DNA from: an uncultured Candidatus Saccharibacteria bacterium
GTDB taxonomy: Bacteria > Patescibacteriota > Minisyncoccia > Portnoybacterales > UBA2143
Direction of reading: 5' to 3'
DNA: 64,000 nucleotides
Assembly (NCBI GenBank): GCA_964548405.1
Contig: CAZJPW010000002.1
Span: 17 to 64,016 of the forward strand
Positions 1-9,992 of the stretch are shown here, piece after piece; within the stretch, counting starts at the first letter, position 1, and each line of letters opens with the position of its first letter. The notes beneath the pieces are model-generated. The model was not told where the DNA came from and ran no database searches. It worked only from the letters and a program-made list of their open reading frames with translations. The position numbers and the translations under genes were made by a program.

Positions 1-109
1 AAGCATAGCATACCCTGATAAATTTGTCAAGGATTTTTGACCATTCTCATTAAAAAACAAAAAACATCCATTTGGTGCTTTTAATACTTATAAACCATTT
101 TATTTAAAA

Positions 110-1411
110 CTATTCAAAATACTGCTGTTGAAAATTGTTAGCTAGCTTAATTACGTAATTAGTCACTGAATGATAAATCCACTTTTTGTAACGACTGCCG
201 CCTAAATACTTAGCATAAGCGGTTCGTTCCCCTATTTCTGTTCTTTGATCAGCTCCACCTTGAGATAATTTAATAGCCGCAGCCATAAAGGCATCTTTGT
301 GCGACCAAGGGCTAGGCGGATTGTTTCCTGTTAAAGCAGCCACCTGATCTCTGTAAGCCATCCAGGTAGTAGGCATGAATTGAGCTACACCCATGGCTCC
401 GCCACAACCATACCAAGGTTCAGCTGAAACAGGCTGAGTATTAGGATCTAATCCCAATTCTTTAGTAATTTGCAAAAATGCAGCTTTTTCCTTATTAGCC
501 CTAGTAATGTATCCTAAACTGCGATAACACTGATACATGTCTTTTTGATAAGTACCTGTACCAACATTTAATCCTAAGCGAGATTCTGCTTCTAAGACAC
601 CTAAGAGATAGGCTGGTCTAACCCCTGTCTTAGTTGCAGCAAAAATAGCATGTTCAACCGCTTCATTTAAAGTTAAGTTATACCTCTCAAGTAAAGAAAG
701 CTGTTCTTTGATATATGCGATATCACTTTCCGCCCCTTGAATTAATTGTTGGTAACGTTGTTCTTCTCCTTTAGTTTTATCCAATAAATCCTCTTTTTGC
801 CATTGTTTTCCTTCAACACCTCTTTTCTGGACTAGTTGGAAAGACTTTAATCGATTCTGTTCTTCGCGCTCAGATTCTAATTCATCCTTCTGTCCCTGTA
901 ATTCATTCTTAATTACTTGAATAGCCGCTAAAATACTCTGAATCTGTTCTTGAACAGTTTCCAAAGCATTAAGCTCGTCAAAAAAGTCAGAAAACTTATT
1001 ATTCTTTAAAATTACTTCCAAAAGACTTTCTTGATCATACCGGGCCATAGTTCTAAGATATTCTCCTAAAAGATCTTTTTTCTCGTTAACCCTGCTTTCT
1101 AAGTCATAAATCTGTGAATCTATTCCTTGTATATTTAAAGTACTCTTTTGAATCATTAAATCAACCTGGCCTATCTCTGCTCTAATTTGGTTAATTTGAC
1201 CTTCTAAGATATCGATATCATTCTCAAGAGTTTTAGCTTTCTGCTGATTCTGATTAATATTATTCTGATGCTGATTGATTTCCTGTTCTTTCTGTTTAAT
1301 CTGATTTTCTAAATCTTGTTTCAAATCATCAATACTAGCTGCCTGAATAAGAAAAGGCATTGCTAACGCTAGCAGTAAAAAAACGAAAATTGGATTATTT
1401 TTTTTAAACAT
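110..1411 (-). CDS. Secreted coiled-coil protein with C-terminal lytic transglycosylase (SLT-like) domain
   Basis: N-terminal signal peptide (MFKKNNPIFVFLLLALAMPFLIQA). A long Q/E/K-rich coiled-coil region follows. The C-terminus carries SLT-like motifs (LEAESRLG; GAMGVAQFMPTTW). Confidence 0.6.
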   Translation of the reverse strand: MFKKNNPIFVFLLLALAMPFLIQAASIDDLKQDLENQIKQKEQEINQHQNNINQNQQKAKTLENDIDILEGQINQIRAEIGQVDLMIQKSTLNIQGIDSQIYDLESRVNEKKDLLGEYLRTMARYDQESLLEVILKNNKFSDFFDELNALETVQEQIQSILAAIQVIKNELQGQKDELESEREEQNRLKSFQLVQKRGVEGKQWQKEDLLDKTKGEEQRYQQLIQGAESDIAYIKEQLSLLERYNLTLNEAVEHAIFAATKTGVRPAYLLGVLEAESRLGLNVGTGTYQKDMYQCYRSLGYITRANKEKAAFLQITKELGLDPNTQPVSAEPWYGCGGAMGVAQFMPTTWMAYRDQVAALTGNNPPSPWSHKDAFMAAAIKLSQGGADQRTEIGERTAYAKYLGGSRYKKWIYHSVTNYVIKLANNFQQQYFE

Positions 1412-2121
1412 TATTCCTCCTTAGGCGTTTCCTCTTTAGAACCTTCAGCTGGTTCTACATCTTCAACTTTAACCTCCTCCTCGTCTTTGCCTTTTTCTTC
1501 AACTTCAACGTCTTCTACGCCCTCAACTGGCGCTTCTTCTAATGCTTCTAACTCCTCTTCACTTCGAGGCGGAGTTACTGAAGCAATAACCTCTTCTGAA
1601 TCAACTGTTAATTTAACAGTATCTGGAATTTTAAGATCTTTAATATATATGTTGTCATCAAAAGTTTCCAAAACAGAAATATCAACTTCAATTTCATGAA
1701 TCAAATCCTGAGGCAAAGCTTCAATTTCAACTGATTGAATACTCTTAACCAAAACACCGCCTTCGGTCTTAACAGCCTCAGATTCCCCAACAAAAACCAA
1801 AGGTACTTCCACCTTAATAGCTTTATCCATTTTAATCTGTTTGAAATCAACATGAACAAAACGATCAGTCACTGGATCTCTGGTTAAATCATGGATTAAA
1901 ACCACTCTTTCTTTTTCAGTTTCTCCATCTTTAATCTTTAATTTAATCAAAGTGCTTTCTCCAGCTTCCTTATATGCCTTTTCAAAAATATTATAATCAA
2001 CTGATAAATTTAAATTCTTAACACCCTGGCCATATAAAACAGCCGGAATAAAACCTTTTTCCCGGACTTTGCTTGCTTGACGGCCCAATTCAGACCGTAT
2101 TTTAACTAACAACTCTAACAT
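1411..2121 (-). CDS. rplY: 50S ribosomal protein L25 / general stress protein Ctc with acidic C-terminal tail
   Basis: N-terminus MLELLVKIRSELGRQASKVREKGFIPAVLYGQG is typical of L25/Ctc. About 50 aa of E/V-rich acidic tail. Confidence 0.8.
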   Translation of the reverse strand: MLELLVKIRSELGRQASKVREKGFIPAVLYGQGVKNLNLSVDYNIFEKAYKEAGESTLIKLKIKDGETEKERVVLIHDLTRDPVTDRFVHVDFKQIKMDKAIKVEVPLVFVGESEAVKTEGGVLVKSIQSVEIEALPQDLIHEIEVDISVLETFDDNIYIKDLKIPDTVKLTVDSEEVIASVTPPRSEEELEALEEAPVEGVEDVEVEEKGKDEEEVKVEDVEPAEGSKEETPKEE

Positions 2122-2168
2122 AGACTTATCTTAACTAAAAAAGACCCCAAGGTCAAGAAAATAGAGAG

Positions 2169-2188
2169 GCCGCATGCAAGCATGCGGC
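2169..2188 (-). terminator. Perfect palindrome GCCGCATGC-AAG-CATGCGGC downstream of the 2215..2523 gene; hairpin, U-tract only moderate
   Basis: A 9-bp perfect stem was read directly. It sits between the 3' end of the 2215..2523 gene and the rplY start. The minus-strand downstream sequence is CTCTCTATTTTCTTG. Confidence 0.45.
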
Positions 2189-2214
2189 TTTCCCTCCAAC
2201 ATTTTATTTCAGGC

Positions 2215-2523
2215 CTATCCCAAGTTTGTCATTTCCTTCCGGAAATTGGCTACGGCGCGCCTCAGCTCGGGTCCAACCCAGCCGCCTACCTCGAGCTTAG
2301 GATTATACCCCGCATTCTTAAAGATCATAATCATCAGATCAACCCCATCACGATTTTTTCCATTGGGGGTCCCAAGAAGATTATCTAACCCTCTTTCACC
2401 CTCCCCGCCAAAAATATCGTCAGCATTAATAGCTGGGTTGAATCCACCGGCCTTAAGAGCTAATAGAACTAAATTAGCCTTTTCCACAGATGTCAGATTT
2501 GCTTTCAGACTGGCCATATTCAC
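2215..2523 (-). CDS. Hypothetical small Gly-rich protein (102 aa)
   Basis: Near-consensus RBS AGGAGGTG five nt upstream of the ATG on the minus strand. A terminator hairpin lies downstream. No recognisable family. Confidence 0.5.
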   Translation of the reverse strand: MNMASLKANLTSVEKANLVLLALKAGGFNPAINADDIFGGEGERGLDNLLGTPNGKNRDGVDLMIMIFKNAGYNPKLEVGGWVGPELRRAVANFRKEMTNLG

Positions 2524-2594
2524 CTCCTGTAAAGAACGTTGAGTGTTATAGGTTTAAACCACATTTAAACTTAATAAAAATACTACTCCTTTAT

Positions 2595-2795
2595 TCATTT
2601 TTCGTCAACCTTAATAGCCTCAACAGCACAGATATCAACTGCTTCTTTAGCGCATTGATCATCAGTTTCTCCTTGATCAGTCCCAGTATCTTTAACAATT
2701 GCCTTATTCTCGTCATTCAAATCAAAAAGGTCCGGGCAGATAGCCGAACAACTTCCACAACCAATACAATCTTCTTGATTAATCTTTATTTTCAT
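2595..2795 (-). CDS. Small 4Fe-4S ferredoxin
   Basis: CIGCGSCSAICP plus a second Cys pair (CAKEAVDIC). The 67-aa start is taken at the internal ATG (MKIKINQ...). The track ORF extends to 2825 using a TTG start. Confidence 0.65.
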   Translation of the reverse strand: MKIKINQEDCIGCGSCSAICPDLFDLNDENKAIVKDTGTDQGETDDQCAKEAVDICAVEAIKVDEK

Positions 2796-3636
2796 AACCA
2801 AACAGCTTAATTTTCTCCTCGACAACCTTTTGGACCGCTTCCACTACCGGTGGCATTATCTTATAGGGAGTAACCTTTTTAGGATCATCTTCCAATGATT
2901 TCTTTAAGGCACCTGTGTAGGCTACCCTCAAACTAGTATTAACATTGATTTTAACAATACCCAATTCAATAGCTTTCTCAATATCTTCTTGAGGTGTACC
3001 AGAACTGCCATGAAGCACTAAATTAACATTATCACCCACTGTTTTACTAATTTCTTCCAGTCTATCCAGAAACAAATGAGGATTCTGACCTGATTTAGAA
3101 ATACCATGAATATTACCAATAGCAATAGCTAAACTATCTAGGCCGGTTTGTTCAATAAACTCCTTGGCCTGATTGGCATCAGTTAAATCTTCAGATTTAA
3201 TTTCTATTGCTTCATGAATAGTTGAACCGCCTCTTAAATATCCTAATTCCCCCTCAACATTACTAATTCCTTTTTCTTTGGCTAATTCCACTACCTGCCT
3301 AGTAACTTTAACATTCTCTTCAAAGTCTAGAGCAGAACCGTCAAAATGGACTGAATCATATCCCGCCTCAATCGCTTGTTCAATGATTTCTAAAGATTTA
3401 CCATGATCCATATGTAAAATCAAATCTAAACCCGTCTCTTCCTTATACACATCAATTAACGATCTTAATTGTTTTTTACCGATAAAATCGCTTTCACCCT
3501 GAGAAGTAGAAATTAGAACTGGGCTTTTTAAATTCTGGGCTGCTAAAACTATAGCTTTAAGCTGTTCTAAATTAGAAACATTAAAAGCTCCTATGGCATA
3601 CTTATTCTCTTTTGCTTTTTTAAAAATGTCTAACAT
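2779..3636 (-). CDS. fba: Class II fructose-bisphosphate aldolase
   Basis: Motifs AIGAFNV, LHMDHGKS and VLHGSSG are typical of class II FBA/tagatose-bisphosphate aldolase. Confidence 0.85.
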   Translation of the reverse strand: MLDIFKKAKENKYAIGAFNVSNLEQLKAIVLAAQNLKSPVLISTSQGESDFIGKKQLRSLIDVYKEETGLDLILHMDHGKSLEIIEQAIEAGYDSVHFDGSALDFEENVKVTRQVVELAKEKGISNVEGELGYLRGGSTIHEAIEIKSEDLTDANQAKEFIEQTGLDSLAIAIGNIHGISKSGQNPHLFLDRLEEISKTVGDNVNLVLHGSSGTPQEDIEKAIELGIVKINVNTSLRVAYTGALKKSLEDDPKKVTPYKIMPPVVEAVQKVVEEKIKLFGYENKD

Positions 3637-3637
3637 G

Positions 3638-4888
3638 TTATAAAGTTACGTATCCCTTGTCTAAATTCTCCATCATTACCTTATCTAACACATCTTCTCC
3701 CATATATTCACTAAATACCTTATTCCATAAAGCCTCTTGTTGATGATAGAGATATTTTGATTCAAACCCGATTTGCTGCAATAAGGAAATCCCATTATCA
3801 AATAAATCAAAGCTGATTAAAGTTTCTGAACCATCAGATGAGAAATACTCACCAGTTACATCCATACCTCCCCAGAAATCCAAACTTAATTCAGGAAAAC
3901 GCTTGGCTAACTTTTGAATCGCCTTAGCTCCTCTAGTATAATGCCAAGCTTCTGGATTTATGTGCGCTTCGGCTAATCTCGGATCTTTTTTATCTTTCTT
4001 AGCTAAATATGAAGGAATTATCCTCCAACTCATTTTATCATGATTAGGTAAAGACATACCACTAGCTTCAACTTTCAAAGCTTCAATCATTTTCTTAGCA
4101 AAACCCTTATCCTGACTATATGTTTTAAAAAGACGCGAATGCCAATCAACTTCATAGACATAGTGAAGAGTCATAAAAAAAAGATAGACGATTTCTCCCG
4201 GAAACTGTTCAGCTATAGGGATAATAAAGACCAGACCTAATTCTTTTAAATGACTCATGTGATGGAGTTTCTTGCCTAAAAACTTTTGACCAATGCCCAT
4301 CCACTTTTCCGGCAAAACCATTACTTTAATCTTTCTTTTTTCAAAATCATCAGTTTTCAAATCTCTATAAGGCTTAAAAAATACATCATTCATCCATCTA
4401 TTGTCTTCAATAAATCTTAAAGCAGCGAATAACTCAAAGATATCTTCTTTTTCTAACATTTTTTCCAAATCATTACCATAGCCCAAACTGGCCATAATCC
4501 GCTTAGGTGGATTTAAACGGAATAACTCTCTAGCTTTTTCCTCTTTAAGATAAAATCCTTCCAAATCACCAGCTAATTCTTTAGTTGCATTAATCAAGCT
4601 GCGACAGCCGGCGGCCGTTGAAAGATCTGGCTTGTAAAACTTTTTTAAAAGTGCTTCGTCTGTTTCTTTAGTCTTGTTAATTAAGCCTTTAAACACTTCT
4701 TCAGCAGTTGAATCCGCTTTTAAGCCCATTTCTTTTAACTTCTCTCCAACTCTTTTATGATTCTCTTGAACTATCTTATCAATTACTCCTTTCTGACCGC
4801 TAATTTTTTCCATTTTCTTTTCCAATTCAGCCACAACCTCTGGAGTACTCCTTAGTAATTTGGCTAATTTTTTAATCTGATCTCTCAT
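3638..4888 (-). CDS. Hypothetical protein (416 aa) embedded in the sugar-phosphate operon
   Basis: A long ORF that overlaps pfkB by 4 nt and is tightly coupled to fba. I recognise no family motif. Confidence 0.5.
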   Translation of the reverse strand: MRDQIKKLAKLLRSTPEVVAELEKKMEKISGQKGVIDKIVQENHKRVGEKLKEMGLKADSTAEEVFKGLINKTKETDEALLKKFYKPDLSTAAGCRSLINATKELAGDLEGFYLKEEKARELFRLNPPKRIMASLGYGNDLEKMLEKEDIFELFAALRFIEDNRWMNDVFFKPYRDLKTDDFEKRKIKVMVLPEKWMGIGQKFLGKKLHHMSHLKELGLVFIIPIAEQFPGEIVYLFFMTLHYVYEVDWHSRLFKTYSQDKGFAKKMIEALKVEASGMSLPNHDKMSWRIIPSYLAKKDKKDPRLAEAHINPEAWHYTRGAKAIQKLAKRFPELSLDFWGGMDVTGEYFSSDGSETLISFDLFDNGISLLQQIGFESKYLYHQQEALWNKVFSEYMGEDVLDKVMMENLDKGYVTL

Positions 4889-5874
4889 ATCTTCTCTTTC
4901 TTAACCTCCACTTTCTGCCAAGGACCCCATTGGCCCTTTTTCAATAAACCATTGGCGGCCCCCATTTTCTGCAAAACAGAAGTTGCATTAGCGGTAGCTA
5001 ATTGAATCGCATGGACAATATCTTCTTTTTCCATATATCCAGCCAAAAAAGCAGAAGTAAAGGCATCACCTGACCCTGTCCGATCAACCAAGTCTGATTC
5101 AGGAATACCAGCTGAATAACGATACTTTTTATCAGAAACAATTACTCCTTTAGGGCCTTTGGTTATAACAACAATACCATTGACCCACTCTTCAAGTTTT
5201 TTAAGCATTTCATCCTGATGTTCAAAATCTACCTGAGTTAATCTAGCTGCTTCTTCCTGATTAACAATTAAAATATTAATTTTATCCAATAAATTACGAG
5301 TTCTTTCTAATCCTTCACCTAACTGGCTCTGACCGACTGGACTAGCTAATATCTTAATCTTATTCTCAACTGCAAAATCAACTAATTTATCTAAAACCTT
5401 ATAGGCCTGGCCTGATAAAGAACCAGCGTAAATCCACTTGGCATCAATCTTACCAAAAGGAATGTCTTGATCAGTCATCTGATGACAAGCGCCTAATTTT
5501 TTTAAAATACTCCGACCAATTTCAGGTATCGAAAGAATCACTGAAAAGGCAGTTGGATAATTGTCCGTTTCTATTAATAGGTCAGGAGAAACTCCTTGAG
5601 CAGATAATTCATCTCTAACTGTTTTTCCAAACAAATCCTTACCGATTAAGCCAAGATAAGCAACTTTTAATTCCTGACGGGCAAAAGTTACAGCTGCATT
5701 AGTCCCACAACCACCCATCGCAAAATATGTATCCTTGATCTTCATTTTAGACCCTAAAGGAATACCCAAACCTTTCTTGGTAATAAACCGGTCGCTTTCA
5801 ATCACTTGAAAATCAGGACTACTCATAAAAATATCCTGAGTGGCTGAACCTAATGTAATTACATCATACTTCAT
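4885..5874 (-). CDS. PfkB-family carbohydrate/sugar-phosphate kinase (ribokinase-like)
   Basis: PfkB signatures: GGCGTNAAV near the N-terminus and GSGDAFTSAFLAGY near the C-terminus. Confidence 0.8.
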   Translation of the reverse strand: MKYDVITLGSATQDIFMSSPDFQVIESDRFITKKGLGIPLGSKMKIKDTYFAMGGCGTNAAVTFARQELKVAYLGLIGKDLFGKTVRDELSAQGVSPDLLIETDNYPTAFSVILSIPEIGRSILKKLGACHQMTDQDIPFGKIDAKWIYAGSLSGQAYKVLDKLVDFAVENKIKILASPVGQSQLGEGLERTRNLLDKINILIVNQEEAARLTQVDFEHQDEMLKKLEEWVNGIVVITKGPKGVIVSDKKYRYSAGIPESDLVDRTGSGDAFTSAFLAGYMEKEDIVHAIQLATANATSVLQKMGAANGLLKKGQWGPWQKVEVKKEKI

Positions 5875-5875
5875 A

Positions 5876-6856
5876 CTATTTTCTTCTAATTACTCTTTTA
5901 ACTGCTTTTTTAATATCTTCAGAAGTTAAACCAAACTTTTTCATTAACTCATCTTGTTGGCCTGACTCGCCAAACCTATCCTGGACCGCCACCATTTCCA
6001 TAGGCACGGGGCAGTTTTTACCTAAAACTTCAGCTACGGCGCTTCCTAAGCCACCCATCATCTGATGGTCTTCACCCGTAACAATCGCCCCAGTCTGCTC
6101 AGCTGCTTCAATAATCTTTTCTTGATCAATTGGTTTAATACTAGGATTATTAATTACTCGAACATCAATTCCTTCCTCAGATAACTCTTCAGCCGCTAAT
6201 AGGGCTTCATAAACGATTGGGCCACAGGCAATTACAGAAACATCCTTGCCTTTACGGAAAACCTGGGCTTCCCCTATTTTAAAAGGCGTTTCATTTGTTG
6301 TAAATACCGGTGTCGCCTCCCGGGCAAAACGAAGATAAACCGGGCCTTCCATTCGGCCGGCTGCAATAGTCGCCTTCTGCGTTTCAACACTATCACAAGG
6401 CGCTAAAACAGTCATATTAGGCAAACAACGAGTAATAGCGATATCTTCTAACCCTTGATGAGTTGCTCCATCTGGTCCAACTGAGATTCCAGCATGAGCG
6501 CCAGTAAACTTAACATTAGCCTTGTTATATGCCACAGAAATCCTAATTTGATCCCAGTTGCGTCCCGGACAAAATACAGAATAAGTTGAGGCAAAAGGAA
6601 TTTTACCAACTAAAGACAAACCAACCGCAATACCCATCATATTTTGTTCAGCAATACCAATTTGAATGAATCTTTCTGGAAATTCATCCTTAAACCAATT
6701 ACATCTGGTTGAACCAGTCAAATCTGCCCCTAAAACAACGATATTTTCATTTTTCTTACCTAACTCAACCAAACCATGACCATAACCGTCCCGGGTTGGC
6801 TTTTGTTCTAATTTATCTCTTTGGTATAGGTTTTTTACTAAATTCATATTATTCAC
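5876..6856 (-). CDS. Transketolase, C-terminal (pyrimidine-binding) subunit
   Basis: FIQIGIAEQNMMGIAVGLSL and GPDGATHQGLEDIA motifs. Split transketolase arrangement with the upstream N-terminal subunit. Confidence 0.85.
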   Translation of the reverse strand: MNNMNLVKNLYQRDKLEQKPTRDGYGHGLVELGKKNENIVVLGADLTGSTRCNWFKDEFPERFIQIGIAEQNMMGIAVGLSLVGKIPFASTYSVFCPGRNWDQIRISVAYNKANVKFTGAHAGISVGPDGATHQGLEDIAITRCLPNMTVLAPCDSVETQKATIAAGRMEGPVYLRFAREATPVFTTNETPFKIGEAQVFRKGKDVSVIACGPIVYEALLAAEELSEEGIDVRVINNPSIKPIDQEKIIEAAEQTGAIVTGEDHQMMGGLGSAVAEVLGKNCPVPMEMVAVQDRFGESGQQDELMKKFGLTSEDIKKAVKRVIRRK

Positions 6857-7697
6857 TTTCGCTTTTAATTTTTCCTCCTAGAGTCCTTAAACAATCAAGC
6901 GCTTTCTTGGCTTCTTGATCGCAAGGCGCCTTGCCATGCCAAGAATACTTCCATTCCATAAAATCAACCCCTTTGCCAGGAATAGTATGAGCAATAATCA
7001 AGCTCGGCTTTTCAAAAATAGTCTTTGACTTATTACAAGCATCAATAATTTCTTTAATATTATGTCCATCCACATCCAGCACATGCCAGCCAAAAGCTTC
7101 ATATTTCTCCCTGATTGGCTCTAAAGGCATAACATCTTCAGTATATCCATCAATCTGAATATTATTCCTATCCATAATCTGAGTAATATTAAACAACTTA
7201 TTCTTGCCAGCAAACATGGCTGCTTCCCACATTTGACCCTCATCATGCTCTCCATCAGAAGTCAAAGCCCAGACCCAGTTCTTTTTTTGATCCATTTGTT
7301 GAAAAGAATAGGCCATGCCACAAGCAATGGATAACCCTTGCCCCAAGGAACCGCCTGAAGTTTCAATTCCAGGCAAATCAAGACGATTAGGATGACCTTG
7401 TAAACGAGTACCTAATTTTCTTAAAGTTTTCAATTCTTTAATTGGAAAATATCCGGCATGAGCCATAGTTGCATACCAAACTGGACAAATATGAGCATTG
7501 GAAAGAATAATTCTATCTCTTTCTTCCCAATCCAGTTTCTTAGCGTTGTACTTAACCACATCACCAAAATACAAAGCGGTAAAAACATCAACCATACCCA
7601 AAGACCCAGCTGAATGGCCTGATTTAGCTTCAGTCAGCATTTCAATAATATCTTCCCTAATAGCATTAGCTTTTTTATCTAGTTCTTTTATATCCAT
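6849..7697 (-). CDS. Transketolase, N-terminal (TPP-binding) subunit
   Basis: SGHSAGSLGMVDVFTALYF and GDGEHDEG(Q) TPP-binding motif. Overlaps the C-terminal subunit gene by 8 nt. Confidence 0.85.
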   Translation of the reverse strand: MDIKELDKKANAIREDIIEMLTEAKSGHSAGSLGMVDVFTALYFGDVVKYNAKKLDWEERDRIILSNAHICPVWYATMAHAGYFPIKELKTLRKLGTRLQGHPNRLDLPGIETSGGSLGQGLSIACGMAYSFQQMDQKKNWVWALTSDGEHDEGQMWEAAMFAGKNKLFNITQIMDRNNIQIDGYTEDVMPLEPIREKYEAFGWHVLDVDGHNIKEIIDACNKSKTIFEKPSLIIAHTIPGKGVDFMEWKYSWHGKAPCDQEAKKALDCLRTLGGKIKSESE

Positions 7698-7701
7698 AAT
7701 C

Positions 7702-8331
7702 TTATCTTAATTTCAATTTATTAATTGTTTCTTCAATATTTTCACTTTTAAAAATAGCTGAACCGCTAACCAAAAGATTAGCTCCAGCTTGGATAACCTC
7801 AGGCCCAGTTTTTAAATTAACTCCACCATCTACTTGTATATTAATATCGCTATAGTTACCTCTTAATTGCTTAACTTTATCCAAAGTTTCTTCTAGTAAT
7901 TCTTGCTGGCCAAAACCCGGTTTAACTGTCATTACCAGAACTAGATCCAAATCCTCAATAAACTGATCTATTACTTCAATAGAGGTTTCTGGATTAATGG
8001 CCATTCCTACTTCCAACCCAGCTTCTTTAATTTTTTCTATTATCTCTTGATGCTTATCTGTAGCTTCGTAATGGAAAATGACTCTTTTAATATTTGAATT
8101 AATCCAATTATCAATTACTTCTTCCGGCTTATTCACCATCAAATGAACTTCTAATTTTAAATTGGTTTCCAAACCTTTTAAATCGTCTGGATTATTCCAT
8201 GTCTTATTATCTACAAAAACCCCATCCATTACATCCAACTGAACCCAATCAACATAGGATTCAATCTTTTTAATCTTTTCTTTTATTTCCTCAAAATCTT
8301 TAACAAGAATAGTAGGAATAACTTGAATCAT
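7702..8331 (-). CDS. rpe: Ribulose-phosphate 3-epimerase
   Basis: N-terminus IPTILVKDF...LDVMDGVFV and MTVKPGFGQQ motif. Confidence 0.85.
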   Translation of the reverse strand: MIQVIPTILVKDFEEIKEKIKKIESYVDWVQLDVMDGVFVDNKTWNNPDDLKGLETNLKLEVHLMVNKPEEVIDNWINSNIKRVIFHYEATDKHQEIIEKIKEAGLEVGMAINPETSIEVIDQFIEDLDLVLVMTVKPGFGQQELLEETLDKVKQLRGNYSDINIQVDGGVNLKTGPEVIQAGANLLVSGSAIFKSENIEETINKLKLR

Positions 8332-8765
8332 TTTTCCATCTCCTCTATTTTACCCAATCTGCGCACATGTCTCTCATCACCAGTAAACTCAGTTTCTAAA
8401 AAAACACGAACAATTTTCTTGGCTGTTTCTGTATCTAAAACCTTACCAGCTAAACAAATAATATTAGCATTATTATGCTCCCGAGAAGATAAAGCAGTAA
8501 ATTCATTCCAGGCATTAACCGCTCGTATTCCCTTAACCTTGTTAGCCGCAACACACATACCAGAACCAGTAGCACAAATTAAAATACCCAAGCCGTCTGT
8601 GGCAACCACCTTATTAGCCACTGCCGAAGCATAATCAGGAAAATCATCTATTGGTTCTAAATCATTAGCTCCCATATCCTCATATTTATACCCCAACTCT
8701 TCAAGATATTTCTTGAGCTCTTGTTTAAGATGAAAACCTGCATGATCAGCTCCTAAATAAATCAT
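8328..8765 (-). CDS. rpiB: Ribose-5-phosphate isomerase B
   Basis: MIYLGADHAGFHLK...ICATGSGM motif of the RpiB/LacAB family. Overlaps rpe by 4 nt. Confidence 0.85.
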   Translation of the reverse strand: MIYLGADHAGFHLKQELKKYLEELGYKYEDMGANDLEPIDDFPDYASAVANKVVATDGLGILICATGSGMCVAANKVKGIRAVNAWNEFTALSSREHNNANIICLAGKVLDTETAKKIVRVFLETEFTGDERHVRRLGKIEEMEK

Positions 8766-9733
8766 AATTTATCTCCGATAAACTGGGCCATTTCTGCTAG
8801 ACGGCAGGCATAGCCCCATTCATTATCATACCAAGCAACTATTTTAATTAAATCATCACTCTGTTCGGTTAATAGGGAATCAAAAATAGCTGAATAAGGA
8901 GAACCAACAATATCTGAAGAAACAATTGGATTAGTCACATACTTAAGAATATCTTTATATTCTTCTTGGCTGGCTTTTTCCATAATCTGGTTAATCTGAT
9001 CTGGCGAGGGTTTTTTCTTTAAATCATAAACAGCATAAATAACTGAACCAACCCTTACTGGAATTCTCATAGCCATAGCATGTAATTTGCCTTTTAACTC
9101 AGGGATAACTTCTGTGGTTGCCTTATCGGAGCCGCTGGTTGTTGGAATAATATTATCAAGAACTGAACGAGCTCTTCTTAAATCTTTATGAGGTGAATCC
9201 AAAACCTTCTGATTATTAGTGGCCGCATGAGCCGTAACCATAAAACCGCGTTCAACCTCAAAATTATTATGCAAAATCTTGGTTACTGGCACATAACAAT
9301 TAGTGGTACAAGAACCCATTGAAACGATGTTGTCCTTGTTGGGATTGTATTTATCCTCATTGCCACCCAGTACATATGTGGGAATATCTGAACCTTTACA
9401 AGGCGCAGAAACAATCACTTTTTTAGCTCCAGCTGATAAATGTTTTTTAGCTCCAGCTGAATCAGCAAAAAAACCAGTACACTCTAAAACAATATCTATG
9501 CCTAAATCTTTCCAAGGAAGATTAAGAGGATCTTTTTCTGCTAAAATTTGAGCCTTAATCGGCTGCTCATAAATTCCATAAACCGAATCATGTTTTAAAA
9601 GATGAGCTAAAGTTTTAGGATCAGCTAAATCGTTAACAGCCACAACTTCTAAATCCTTATGGCTATCTAAAATTCGTTTAAAAGCCGACCGGCCAATACG
9701 ACCAAAACCATTAATAGCGATTTTAATACTCAT
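8762..9733 (-). CDS. gap: Glyceraldehyde-3-phosphate dehydrogenase
   Basis: INGFGRIGR Rossmann motif and SCTTNC active-site motif. Confidence 0.9.
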   Translation of the reverse strand: MSIKIAINGFGRIGRSAFKRILDSHKDLEVVAVNDLADPKTLAHLLKHDSVYGIYEQPIKAQILAEKDPLNLPWKDLGIDIVLECTGFFADSAGAKKHLSAGAKKVIVSAPCKGSDIPTYVLGGNEDKYNPNKDNIVSMGSCTTNCYVPVTKILHNNFEVERGFMVTAHAATNNQKVLDSPHKDLRRARSVLDNIIPTTSGSDKATTEVIPELKGKLHAMAMRIPVRVGSVIYAVYDLKKKPSPDQINQIMEKASQEEYKDILKYVTNPIVSSDIVGSPYSAIFDSLLTEQSDDLIKIVAWYDNEWGYACRLAEMAQFIGDKL

Positions 9734-9737
9734 AAAA

Positions 9738-9992
9738 CTATTCCTTAATATCTAATAATTGATTAATCTTTGGCTTATCAAAGCCAATAATAATCTGACC
9801 ATCTATATCTGTCACGGGCACGCCCATTTGACCTGATTTATCAATCATTTCCTTAGATGCTTCTTGGTTCTCTCCTACGTCAATATCTTCGTATTTAACG
9901 CCTTTTTCGTCCAAATATGCTTTTAAGGTAACGCAATAAGGACAGGTTTTGGTGGAAAAAACGCGAACTTGATGCTTTTTTTCTTGAGTCAT
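9738..9992 (-). CDS. Glutaredoxin/NrdH-like redoxin
   Basis: 84 aa with a CPYC active site and a thioredoxin-fold length. Overlaps trxB by 4 nt. Confidence 0.7.
   Translation of the reverse strand: MTQEKKHQVRVFSTKTCPYCVTLKAYLDEKGVKYEDIDVGENQEASKEMIDKSGQMGVPVTDIDGQIIIGFDKPKINQLLDIKE

Noticed and set aside
2595-2825. Longer 76-aa ferredoxin ORF starting at 2825
   Set aside because: Position 2825 is a TTG with no RBS and overlaps fba by 47 nt. The internal ATG at 2795 gives a typical ~65-aa ferredoxin beginning MKIKI. The shorter form is preferred, though the start remains uncertain.
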